From positions 1 to 64,000 of IMG/VR virus record IMGVR_UViG_2923649072_000003: a stretch of DNA of 64,000 nucleotides. One strand, 5' to 3'. Origin of the DNA: a virus (Duplodnaviria; Caudoviricetes). Position numbers and translations under genes: made by a program. The notes beneath the pieces were generated by a model that was given only the letters and a program-made list of their open reading frames with translations, was not told where the DNA came from and did no database searches. Numbering within the stretch: position 1 is the first letter of the stretch; each line of letters begins with the position of its first letter. Shown here piece by piece: positions 1-8,683 of this stretch.

Positions 1-261
1 GTGGGATACCGAATCCGGGAAGACGTCGACCCGAAAGCCCTCATCAACGAGCGCGCGAAGGGCAGGCCTCTGGGTCCCTTGCGCCACCAGGACATCGCCG
101 AGCGCCTTGGCGTGGCCACGTCATCGGTGACGCAGGTGCTGGGCGGCCACCGGGATTGCTCCGAGAGTTTCGCGGTGCGGCTCCTGGACGTACTTGGACC
201 GCCGTATCTAGCCCTGGCCGACGTTTTCATCGACGGGACACCTGCGCCTGAAGTGGACTAG
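1..261 (+). CDS. XRE/Cro-like helix-turn-helix protein (start at window edge)
   Basis: HQDIAERLGVATSSVTQVLGGHR fits an XRE HTH; heads the long rightward early operon. Confidence 0.65.
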   Translation: MGYRIREDVDPKALINERAKGRPLGPLRHQDIAERLGVATSSVTQVLGGHRDCSESFAVRLLDVLGPPYLALADVFIDGTPAPEVD

Positions 262-397
262 TACGCAAGTCCATAAGGCACTCATGCAAGCCCGATCCAC
301 GGTCGAAAAGTTGCGGCCGACACGCCGCACCCATCCAGATCGCGGCCCCACCGCCTGCAAGCCCGAGGCCGCGACCCGAACGAACGAAAGGTAACCG

Positions 398-721
398 ATG
401 TTCGACAACGCTTACTCGTCCCCCGAGAAGCTCGGGCTCGAAATGATCGGCGAGGCCCAGTGGGGCGAGGCGGACTACAGCTTCGACCTGACCGTGGTCT
501 GGCGACACAAGGAGAGCGGCGATCTCTTCTACGCCGACGACTCGGGCTGCTCATGCCCGTCCCCATTCGAGGACTACAAGGGGATCGCCGACCTCACGAA
601 GGCCACTCGGCACGAGATCCTCAAACACATCGCCGACGTGGCCGCCGAACGTGAGACCTACTCAGGTGGGTCACTGATCGACGCGGCCGACCTTCTGTCG
701 AAGGTGGCGAGCCTTCGATGA
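398..721 (+). CDS. conserved phage hypothetical protein
   Basis: RBS GAAAGG, high GC3 codons, DSGCSCPSPF motif typical of actinophage small proteins. Confidence 0.7.
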   Translation: MFDNAYSSPEKLGLEMIGEAQWGEADYSFDLTVVWRHKESGDLFYADDSGCSCPSPFEDYKGIADLTKATRHEILKHIADVAAERETYSGGSLIDAADLLSKVASLR

Positions 722-906
722 GCATCTTCAGCCGCTACATCGGTCGCCACCACCCCGACCACGTGCCGGCCGCCGACGCAGCGGGCGCCGACCCGTTCGA
801 GCGTCTCGCTGACCGCCGCGAGATCAAGACGCTGACGCCGGCCGAGGCCGAGGCCGACCGCGACGCCGTCATGAACGCCGTGTTCGACGGGCAGGGGGCC
901 GCCTGA
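718..906 (+). CDS. hypothetical protein
   Basis: ATGA overlap with upstream stop, GC3 bias. Confidence 0.6.
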   Translation: MSIFSRYIGRHHPDHVPAADAAGADPFERLADRREIKTLTPAEAEADRDAVMNAVFDGQGAA

Positions 907-1091
907 TGACCGCCAAGCAGGTGAGGGCCCAGCGTCGGCAGGCGCGGGCCATACGAGGTGTGGCGAAGTCCTGGTCGCGGGCGCATGTGAACACGGAGAC
1001 CCAGGGGTTGTCCTGGCAGGCGTGGAATGACCGAACGGCTCACCTTGCGTATGCCCTGGTGCGGATGCCGACCTCCGGGAGGACCCGGTGA
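906..1091 (+). CDS. hypothetical protein
   Basis: TGATG coupling. Confidence 0.55.
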   Translation: MTAKQVRAQRRQARAIRGVAKSWSRAHVNTETQGLSWQAWNDRTAHLAYALVRMPTSGRTR

Positions 1092-1534
1092 CCATCCCGT
1101 TCCCCGCCCACGCCTGGCCGCTGCTCCGCGCTGCCCTGCAACACATCGCGGACCATCCGGAGGAATTCTGGATGCAGCAATTCACCACCTCCCCTGAGTA
1201 CGTGAAGGAACTGAGGGGCGTCGACTCTTGTTGGCTCCCGGCGCAGTTGCCGCCTCCTGGGGCGTGCGGGACCATCGCGTGCCTCGGGGGTCGTATCGCC
1301 CTCATCCATGACCCGAGCACTGTTCACGTCACCTCCTTTACGGTCATGCGGGCTCTGGGGCTTCCGGACATCTTCGACGACTACCACGAGAGGTGGGAGG
1401 ACGAGACGTCGCAAGCGCTCGATGACGTGTTCCAGGACATGGACATTGACAGCTACCCCGACCTGAAGAACGCTCTCCTCGCCCGCTTCACCTTCCCCGA
1501 GCCCCTCCCGTCCCCGTCGGCGGTGACGGCGTGA
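1088..1534 (+). CDS. hypothetical protein
   Basis: GTGA coupling; CGTIACLGG motif. Confidence 0.6.
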   Translation: MTIPFPAHAWPLLRAALQHIADHPEEFWMQQFTTSPEYVKELRGVDSCWLPAQLPPPGACGTIACLGGRIALIHDPSTVHVTSFTVMRALGLPDIFDDYHERWEDETSQALDDVFQDMDIDSYPDLKNALLARFTFPEPLPSPSAVTA

Positions 1535-1797
1535 CGACTACAGCGTTCGAGGCGGTGGATCTCCTGGCCGGGAAGTCGACGTGCGGTGCGCGTTCTCGTC
1601 GCCGACCGAGCGCGGAGTGGGTTCGCTGCCCCGAAGCAGCCACCCACAGCGCGATCCTGAAAGCACACTGCGGCACGATCGCCGACCGCCTCCTGTGCCA
1701 GCTCCACGCCGACATGGCGCTCACGTCCGAAACCAAGTGCAGTCACGGCCTTCCGGTACGACTGGTGGCCATCGAGACGATCGGAGGGAAGCTGTGA
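1531..1797 (+). CDS. Cys/His-rich hypothetical protein
   Basis: GTGA coupling; several Cys/His. Confidence 0.55.
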   Translation: MTTTAFEAVDLLAGKSTCGARSRRRPSAEWVRCPEAATHSAILKAHCGTIADRLLCQLHADMALTSETKCSHGLPVRLVAIETIGGKL

Positions 1798-2858
1798 CGT
1801 ACATTCCGAAGCCCGGTGACCGTGTCCGTGTGGCCCGTTGCACCAACAGCGGGGTTCACAACGACAGCGTCGGCGAGTTCGCCTATCCGGAGGGTCCGGC
1901 CTTCGTGGTCGAGATGCGCGAAGACGTCTTCTGCATCGCTGCCGAGGTCGCCCCCGTCTTCGCGGTCGGCCAGTCGATCACTCCCGAGATGGGTGAGCCG
2001 CCCGTGGGTTCGGTTGTCAACGTCGACGGGGCTGAGCTGGACCGCCACAGGACTTCTCGGGTGCCGTCGGCATGGATGACCGCGACGGGCGACCACCTCT
2101 CATGGGATCAAGTGTTGCTGCGGGCAGAGACTTCTAAAGTCTCGGTCGTCCTCGTCTCCCTCCCGGACGCCCAGACCGGTGAGCCCGAATCTCAGCGCGT
2201 GCGCGCCTGTGATGACAGTGAGCTCGGCCATGCGCCGGGGTGCGTCCATTTCGACTCGCAGTGGGAGCCCAAGCCGCTCAACATGCCCGAACCCGAGGGC
2301 GTGGGAACGGTTGTCGAGGTCCAGTACTCCCACAACCGGGTCCGCCTCACCCGAATCGACACCGACAGCCTTGAACGCTGGGCCACGGGGGAACGAGTCC
2401 CGCGCGCATGGTCCGCCATCCAGCGGGACAGCGTTTCCGTTCGAGTGGTCGGTGAGCCCGCCACGCAGCCGCAGACCCGCGAGGTGCCGCTGAATTACCT
2501 GCGTGACGGAGACACGGTCACGATCGTTTTCACCTACGACATGCAGGCCAAGGGCGGTCTTCCGCTGGGCGACGTATTGAGCTACGAGACCGCTGAGGCA
2601 CTTGGCCTTACGGAATCAGGGCTGGGGCAGTTGACGAACGCGCGGTTCACTATCACCCGCGAGACCAAGCCCCTGCCCATCAAGCCCGGCAGCGTCGGCG
2701 TCGCCACCGTGCGCAGGGTGCCGGGAGTTCGGGTGGTGCGGGTAATGGGCCCCGATCCCTTGCTCTGGGTTTCGTCCGTCAAGTGCGACGGATTGCTCTG
2801 GCACACCAGCGAGGACATCACCGACTACGAGCCACTTCTCGACGGTGAGGACTCGTGA
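1794..2858 (+). CDS. hypothetical protein (start GTG 1794)
   Basis: GTGA overlap at 1794-1797 with RBS GGAGGG; the track's 1581 start overlaps the previous gene. Confidence 0.6.
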   Translation: MTYIPKPGDRVRVARCTNSGVHNDSVGEFAYPEGPAFVVEMREDVFCIAAEVAPVFAVGQSITPEMGEPPVGSVVNVDGAELDRHRTSRVPSAWMTATGDHLSWDQVLLRAETSKVSVVLVSLPDAQTGEPESQRVRACDDSELGHAPGCVHFDSQWEPKPLNMPEPEGVGTVVEVQYSHNRVRLTRIDTDSLERWATGERVPRAWSAIQRDSVSVRVVGEPATQPQTREVPLNYLRDGDTVTIVFTYDMQAKGGLPLGDVLSYETAEALGLTESGLGQLTNARFTITRETKPLPIKPGSVGVATVRRVPGVRVVRVMGPDPLLWVSSVKCDGLLWHTSEDITDYEPLLDGEDS

Positions 2859-3070
2859 CCTCCCGCCGCTCACCCCTCAAGCCGACCACGGCAGCCGGCC
2901 GCCACTCGCTCATGGCCGACGCGATCCGTGACGCCCGCCAGTGCCTCGCCGACGTCATGCGCGAAAGCGAGATCGCGGGCGGCGACCCCAACTACACCAG
3001 ACGACGCTGGCGGGCCCAGTATCCCGGGCTCGCGGCAATCATCGACCACGCGGACGGAGTTAAGGCATGA
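2855..3070 (+). CDS. hypothetical protein
   Basis: coupled at both ends. Confidence 0.55.
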   Translation: MTSRRSPLKPTTAAGRHSLMADAIRDARQCLADVMRESEIAGGDPNYTRRRWRAQYPGLAAIIDHADGVKA

Positions 3071-3912
3071 CGATCTTTGCGAGCATCGCCCAGGACCAGG
3101 TCACCGTTGAGAACATCTCCCCGAAAGAGGCGGCCTCACTCCTCGGCACGCAGGTGCGCAACAGGCCCCTGAACAGGGCCCGCGTCGACCAGTACGCAGG
3201 CGACATGGAAGCAGGACGCTGGCGCCGCACCAAGTCCGTGATCAGCGTGGATCGCGACGGGCACCTCATCGACGGGCAGCACCGCCTGACCGCCGTCATC
3301 CTTTCCGGTTCCACTCAAGAGTTCATCGTGAGTCGCGGCCACGACCCCGAAGACCAGATGTACATGGACCTGACCGGGGTCCGTACGCCGCCGCAGCAGA
3401 TGGCCATGATGGGCTCCCGGCACGCCTCTCGACAGTCGACCGTCGCCAAGCACGTCCTCGCCTACGACACGGGCGTCATGCAGGCAAGCCCGGGAAACCG
3501 GGGCGGCGGCCGATACCCAGGCCTGCCCGCGATTATCGAGTTCCAGAAGAAGCATGAGGAGGACATCCTCTGGGCCATCGACCTGGTCCTGACGTACGGC
3601 ATCGCCAAGACTGCATTCGGCGAAGCAGCTCTCATGTCTACGGCGTTCCTCATCACCCGGGCCACTTCCAAGCCGGAGGTCGAATCCTTCTGGGACGAGT
3701 GGCTGAACCCGGAACACGCCACGAGCAGCAACGCCATCCTCCGCCTCGCCCGGCTCAACCCCGGCGAATACAAGAAAGAGGCTGCCAGCGGACAGATCTG
3801 CGCTCTCCTGCACGCCTGGAACGACTATCGGTCCGGCCGTGAACGCAAGCAGCGAATCATGCTGAAGCGCGCCGGGCAGTGGATCGCCTTCCCTGAGCGG
3901 ATCCTGCCGTGA
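3067..3912 (+). CDS. ParB/Srx N-terminal-domain-like protein
   Basis: NRPLNRARVDQYAGDM...GHLIDGQHRLTA matches the ParB-like GxxR box. Confidence 0.7.
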   Translation: MTIFASIAQDQVTVENISPKEAASLLGTQVRNRPLNRARVDQYAGDMEAGRWRRTKSVISVDRDGHLIDGQHRLTAVILSGSTQEFIVSRGHDPEDQMYMDLTGVRTPPQQMAMMGSRHASRQSTVAKHVLAYDTGVMQASPGNRGGGRYPGLPAIIEFQKKHEEDILWAIDLVLTYGIAKTAFGEAALMSTAFLITRATSKPEVESFWDEWLNPEHATSSNAILRLARLNPGEYKKEAASGQICALLHAWNDYRSGRERKQRIMLKRAGQWIAFPERILP

Positions 3913-3985
3913 CCGACGACGACCTGTCCCGCGAAATCGAAGCCCAGGCAGACAAGCTCGTCGACCAGTACGCGAAGGAGTGGCT

Positions 3986-4276
3986 GTGAGCGACATCCTC
4001 GGAACGATCGGCTTCTTGGGCTCCACCTTCTTCACTGTCGGTGGTCTTGGTCTACTCATGTGGACCGAGACAGACGGGTACGCCGAGCGAATCCGAATCC
4101 GCAAAGCCCGCAACCAGATCGCTCTCGACAAGGCCCGCCGAGAAGCCGACCTCGACCTGAAACTCCGCGAGTGGCAGCAGACAGCATCGCTCGAAGACCT
4201 CACCCGCCACCGGGAGCGGATGGAGCAGGGCATCGACGAGCAGTACGGCTTCAAGCCAGAGGGGGAGCGAGCATGA
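3986..4276 (+). CDS. membrane-anchored hypothetical protein
   Basis: N-terminal TM segment then coiled coil; a 26-aa coupled ORF (3909-3989) precedes it. Confidence 0.55.
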   Translation: MSDILGTIGFLGSTFFTVGGLGLLMWTETDGYAERIRIRKARNQIALDKARREADLDLKLREWQQTASLEDLTRHRERMEQGIDEQYGFKPEGERA

Positions 4277-4710
4277 GCGCGCGGATGAACGAAGAAGTCG
4301 GCCGCCTGTGGGTCGCCGAGCTCCGGTCAGGGAAGTGGGTGCAGACCAAGGGCAAGCTCGGGCTCGCCAACACCAATCAGCGGTGTTGCCTAGGTGTCCT
4401 TCAGGAGTGCGCCCAAGCAGCAGGCGTCTTCGGGCCCGAAGACGTGATGGTCCGAGTCACCAGCGACGGAGACCTGTTGGGCTACCGCGAAGACCCGACC
4501 AAGGGCCGCGCCTGGGAAGAGGGCGTCCTTTCCGACAAGGTCCAGGCTTGGGCTGCATTGGCCGAGGATAACCCCACGGTGTTCATCCCGGACGAGGATG
4601 AGCCCGATGTCGACTCTCGAACTTCTCTCGCCGACCTGAACGATGAGGGTCGATCCTTCGCCGAGATCGCCGACCTGATCGAATCCCAGCTGCTCGGTGG
4701 TGCCCAGTGA
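4273..4710 (+). CDS. phage hypothetical protein
   Basis: ATGA coupling; W..ELRSG..Q...CCLGV and LNDEG.SF.EIAD motifs. Confidence 0.65.
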   Translation: MSARMNEEVGRLWVAELRSGKWVQTKGKLGLANTNQRCCLGVLQECAQAAGVFGPEDVMVRVTSDGDLLGYREDPTKGRAWEEGVLSDKVQAWAALAEDNPTVFIPDEDEPDVDSRTSLADLNDEGRSFAEIADLIESQLLGGAQ

Positions 4711-5636
4711 GCGCGCCCACCGACGTGCGGATCCCGGAGCAGCGCGCAGGCGGAAAGCTGCTGATTGACGAGCCGGGGGTTTACGACCTCCCGGAGGAGG
4801 ACTATCACCGCGATCCGGTAGCCGGCGGGTCCCTCTCGGCCACGGGCATGAAGAAGCTTGTCGATGAGGACGGTTGGACTCCCGCCCACTTTCAGGCGTG
4901 GATGAAGGAGGGCAACCGCGAACCGTCCGAGTCCCAGAACTTCGGCTCAGCAACGCACACTGCCGTTCTCGGACGCGGCCCCGAAGTGGTCGCCTTCCCC
5001 AGGGCGGACGGCCGAACCAAAGAGGGCAAGGCCATCAAGGCCGACGCGGATGCGGCACGCGGCGAAGGGAAGATCGTCGTCACGGAGGAGGAGGCCGAAG
5101 TCATCGCCGGCATGCGCGACGCCATCCAGCGTAGCCAGTGGGCAACAACCCTCCTCAATCACGAGTTCGGCAAACCCGAGCAGACGATGATCTGGCGGGA
5201 CGAGGGTACCGGCGTCTGGTGCCGCAGCCTCGTGGACTTCCTTCGCAAGCCAGAGCAAGACGGCCGGCTATGGCTCGTGGACTTCAAGACCGCCGACTCG
5301 GCCGCGCCCAGCAAGTGGATCCGTAAAGCATTCGACTGGGGCTACCACATTCAGCGGAGCCAGTACGCGGCCGGGGCGCGGATGCTCAACCTTGCAGAAG
5401 AGGTCGAGTTCGTCTTCCTCATCCAGGAAAAGCGCAAGCCCTACCTGGTCAACCAGATCAGGCTCGACGCGAAGGGCATCGCCATCGGCGACTACGTACG
5501 AGCGAAGGCGCTCAACACGTACGCCGAATGCATGTCCCGATACGGCTGGGACCAGCAGTGGCCTGGCTACCCCGAAGAACTCGTTACCGCTGAGACGCCC
5601 GGCTACATCTCCTACCAGTACCCCGAGGTGGACTGA
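4707..5636 (+). CDS. recE: RecE-like exonuclease VIII (PD-(D/E)XK, DUF3799-like)
   Basis: YH...LSATG, FGSATH, CRSLVD...LVDFKT, YHIQ...Y, FVFLIQEK motifs. Confidence 0.85.
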   Translation: MSAPTDVRIPEQRAGGKLLIDEPGVYDLPEEDYHRDPVAGGSLSATGMKKLVDEDGWTPAHFQAWMKEGNREPSESQNFGSATHTAVLGRGPEVVAFPRADGRTKEGKAIKADADAARGEGKIVVTEEEAEVIAGMRDAIQRSQWATTLLNHEFGKPEQTMIWRDEGTGVWCRSLVDFLRKPEQDGRLWLVDFKTADSAAPSKWIRKAFDWGYHIQRSQYAAGARMLNLAEEVEFVFLIQEKRKPYLVNQIRLDAKGIAIGDYVRAKALNTYAECMSRYGWDQQWPGYPEELVTAETPGYISYQYPEVD

Positions 5637-5638
5637 CC

Positions 5639-6517
5639 ATGACCGCAGACCTTTCCCGCATCCCGAGCCAGATCGACCGGGGCCGACAGATCGCCTCGCA
5701 GGCCGCTGGCGTCGAGCACACCCGTGCCGCGGCCGAGGTTGCCGCCGCCGTCCAGGCCGCCCGCATGGTCCCGCGCGACCTGGAGTACGCCAAGGAGCAG
5801 ATGCGACGCGCATGCTCGAACTACAGCCTCGCCCAGCGCGCTTTCTACAGCTACCGGCAGGGCGGCCTCGTCGAAGGTGCCACCGTGTACCTGGCCCGGA
5901 CCCTGGCCGCCGTGTACGGCAACATCGACTGGGGCACCAAGGAACTCGAGCGTTCGGCCGGCCAGTCCGAGGTGCAGGCGTGGGCCTGGGATCAGGAAAC
6001 GAACTCCCGCAAGTCCCGGTCGATCATCATCCCACACGTCCAGTACACGGGCGGCAAGGGTCAGAAGACCCTCGAAGGCGCCCGCGAGATTGACCAGAAC
6101 AACAACTCTGTTGCGGCCCGCGCCGAACGGGAAATGCTCTTCGGCATAATGGATTCCGGGTACGTCGAGGAAGCCAAGCGGTTGTGCCGCGAGACCTTGG
6201 AGCGCGGCGAGAACGGGAAGTCCATCCCGGAGCGCGCCACGGCGGCAGTCGATGCCTTCGCCCGGAACATGAAGGTCACCCGGGCGCAGCTCGAGAAGAA
6301 CGTCGGCAGGTCCGTCAATCAGTGGTCAGCCCAGGACATCGCGAGCCTGGAAGTTCTCTACGGGTCGCTCAATCGGAACGAGATCAGCAAGGATGAAGCG
6401 TTCCCCCCGGAGGCCCCCAAGGTTGTCGACTTCGCGGGCGCACCCAAGCCTCCGGCGATCCAGGGCGAGCCGGACCCGACCGTCAATGGCGAGATGCCCA
6501 ACGGCGGCGTCCAGTGA
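5639..6517 (+). CDS. putative ssDNA-annealing/recombination partner (RecT position)
   Basis: directly after the RecE-like gene; FYSY.QGG.VEGATVYLAR...GNI motif; function inferred from context. Confidence 0.55.
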   Translation: MTADLSRIPSQIDRGRQIASQAAGVEHTRAAAEVAAAVQAARMVPRDLEYAKEQMRRACSNYSLAQRAFYSYRQGGLVEGATVYLARTLAAVYGNIDWGTKELERSAGQSEVQAWAWDQETNSRKSRSIIIPHVQYTGGKGQKTLEGAREIDQNNNSVAARAEREMLFGIMDSGYVEEAKRLCRETLERGENGKSIPERATAAVDAFARNMKVTRAQLEKNVGRSVNQWSAQDIASLEVLYGSLNRNEISKDEAFPPEAPKVVDFAGAPKPPAIQGEPDPTVNGEMPNGGVQ

Positions 6518-6711
6518 AGGCCTCCCAGAAGCACATGGCAGCCCTTTTCGGCGCTCTCACCCGGGCCGGCGTCCGTAACGCGGACCGCCACGAGTATGCG
6601 ACGGGCGTCCTGGGTCGCGACGTGACCACGTTCTCGGACCTGTCCACGGCCGACGTCAACCGTCTGATGACCGCGATCGCAGCGGCGAACACGCATGAGG
6701 AGGTGGCATGA
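6514..6711 (+). CDS. hypothetical protein
   Basis: coupled at both ends. Confidence 0.55.
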   Translation: MKASQKHMAALFGALTRAGVRNADRHEYATGVLGRDVTTFSDLSTADVNRLMTAIAAANTHEEVA

Positions 6712-7025
6712 CCAGCGTGAAGTGGCCGATGCGGCGGGGGAGTGTCGTCGCGTCCAGCAAGGGCGACGACTGGCGGCACGAAGCGGCGTGCCGCGACGTC
6801 GACCTGGAGGAGATCCAGTTCTTCCCGGGCGATGACGAAGCCCGCAACTGGGATCCGATGCCCGCACTGAAAGTCTGTTCGCGGTGCCCCGTCATGCAGC
6901 AGTGCCGGATCGAGGCCGACGTCAGCGAGGGGCGGGCTGACGGGAAAGTCCAGGGCGTGTGGGGTGGCGAAACGGCAGGGACGAGGATCGCCCGGCGACG
7001 GGCGAAGAGGAAGGCGAGCGCCTGA
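6708..7025 (+). CDS. whiB: WhiB-family Fe-S transcription factor
   Basis: W...AAC...FFP...C..CPV..QC...GVWGG, basic C-terminal tail. Confidence 0.9.
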   Translation: MTSVKWPMRRGSVVASSKGDDWRHEAACRDVDLEEIQFFPGDDEARNWDPMPALKVCSRCPVMQQCRIEADVSEGRADGKVQGVWGGETAGTRIARRRAKRKASA

Positions 7026-7546
7026 TGGTCAACAAGTCTGGTCGGATCGGCACGGCGGGCGAGTCGGGCGTGTGTAAGTACCTCGCCGCGAACGGATTTC
7101 CGCTGGCCGAGCGGCGACGTCTGCGCGGGAACCTAGACGGGGGCGACCTGGTCACGGTTCCCGGGCTCGTCGTCGAGGTGAAGTCGGGTGCAGCGGCGAA
7201 GAATGCTTCCGTGGAGCGCGTCTCGGACTGGCTCGGCGAGACCGAACAGGAACGCTTGAACGCGGGCGCCAACATTGGTCTCCTCGTCGTGCAGCGCCGC
7301 GGGTACTCGCCCGACCGTGCAGGGTTCTGGCGGGCCATCATGCCGATCGGGCAGTGGGTTTCGCTGTTTGGGTACGAACCGAAGACCGGGCTTGCGCACA
7401 GGCCTGTCGAACTGTTCCTCATCGACGCCGTCAACGCTTTGCGCCGCGGAGGGTACGGCGACGCGCTCGACGACGAGGTGAGCTCCGGGCTTGAGGTGGA
7501 CGACCCGTGGGGGCCGGCCGCGTACGCGAAGGGGACGGCGACATGA
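7025..7546 (+). CDS. Holliday junction resolvase (Hjc-like PD-(D/E)XK)
   Basis: GTAGE..V..YL...ERR...D.GD...VEVK motif. Confidence 0.7.
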   Translation: MVNKSGRIGTAGESGVCKYLAANGFPLAERRRLRGNLDGGDLVTVPGLVVEVKSGAAAKNASVERVSDWLGETEQERLNAGANIGLLVVQRRGYSPDRAGFWRAIMPIGQWVSLFGYEPKTGLAHRPVELFLIDAVNALRRGGYGDALDDEVSSGLEVDDPWGPAAYAKGTAT

Positions 7547-7941
7547 CTGACATCCTCGCGGCCATCGACGCCGTACTCGACCAGCAGCCTGACCTTTTCG
7601 AGCACGTGCTCGTCGAAGCATTCGGAGACGTGGTCTGGCTCGACCCGGAAGGAAACGGCGAGGGAGCCGAGGTCGACCTCGAAAGCCCCTGTGGTGACTC
7701 ATGCCAAGAGCGCACACTCTTGAAAACTTTTGCTGGCACCGAGTTCACCCTCGTCCGGACCCTCTGTACCGACATCCAGAAGTGGAACCCGTTCGCCGAC
7801 CACTACGGCTACGAGGACACCCTCGCCGCCTACCATGCCGGACTCAACGGATACCGGGCCATGCGGCCAGTCGGGCGTAACCAGGTTTGCGCCTACGACA
7901 TGGGCCGCGAACTCGCCGACCAGATCAGGTGGCAGCCATGA
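7543..7941 (+). CDS. hypothetical protein
   Basis: ATGA coupling, GC3 bias. Confidence 0.55.
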   Translation: MTDILAAIDAVLDQQPDLFEHVLVEAFGDVVWLDPEGNGEGAEVDLESPCGDSCQERTLLKTFAGTEFTLVRTLCTDIQKWNPFADHYGYEDTLAAYHAGLNGYRAMRPVGRNQVCAYDMGRELADQIRWQP

Positions 7942-8177
7942 TCGTGCGCCTCAAGGCGGACTGCCAGAACTGCGGGCTCCCCGCCGACGACCAGCCGCAA
8001 GCCTTCACAGTCGCCGCCATCCATCAAGGCCTCGCACTCACCTGGCCCTGCCCCTACTGCGGCGACGGACTACGCATGCTCGGACGAGCCGCCGGCCTCG
8101 CAGCACTGAGATCCGGAGCGATCATCGACCCCTCGGCACGCACGTACACAGCACGCACACACGGACCACTGCTCTAA
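7938..8177 (+). CDS. Zn-ribbon hypothetical protein
   Basis: CQNC and CPYC pairs. Confidence 0.55.
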   Translation: MIVRLKADCQNCGLPADDQPQAFTVAAIHQGLALTWPCPYCGDGLRMLGRAAGLAALRSGAIIDPSARTYTARTHGPLL

Positions 8178-8181
8178 CCCG

Positions 8182-8217
8182 GATGGGCGCGGACTCCAAC
8201 ACGGAGCCGCGCCCATC
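8182..8217 (+). terminator. strong hairpin after operon segment
   Basis: GATGGGCGCGG...CCGCGCCCATC 11-bp stem. Confidence 0.5.
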
Positions 8218-8356
8218 GTGGGCTTGCAAGGTATCCCTGAGGTAGGGTGTGGACGTCCTGCGGGCACACTGCTCCCCCTGAGCTTGGCGGCAAGGGGGAG
8301 AGCTCCGGGAGACCAGCTCAACCGAATAAGCACGACGACCGCTAGGAGGTCATCGA

Positions 8357-8683
8357 ATGCCTACGAAGCAGGCTACCAAGCCCCGTGGGGGCCAATACCT
8401 CTGGACCGACGAGGAACTCCTCATCGAAGTCCACATGTGCCACACCGGCGACACGTTCAACAACCTCGCACGCCGACTCGGCTACGCGCCCGACACCCTC
8501 GCCGACCGCCTCAAAGCCATGGGGCAGACCGCACTCCTCGAACGTCTCCGCCCCGCCCCCCTCGACCCCGCCATGCAGCGCGGCGGCACCATCGTCCGCC
8601 GGCCCAACGAGCAACGGCGCATCGACGAGAAGCGTGCGCAGCGGGCCGAGCAGGACCAGGCGCGGCGGGAGGTGGCGGCATGA
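8357..8683 (+). CDS. HTH-like hypothetical protein
   Basis: RBS AGGAGG; NNLARRLGYAPDTL resembles an HTH. Confidence 0.55.
   Translation: MPTKQATKPRGGQYLWTDEELLIEVHMCHTGDTFNNLARRLGYAPDTLADRLKAMGQTALLERLRPAPLDPAMQRGGTIVRRPNEQRRIDEKRAQRAEQDQARREVAA

Noticed and set aside
8272-8304. Third copy of the 36.9/45.8 kb leader RNA
   Set aside because: only partial GAGCTT...CAAGGG similarity; lacks the promoter and GCTCGCCC stem
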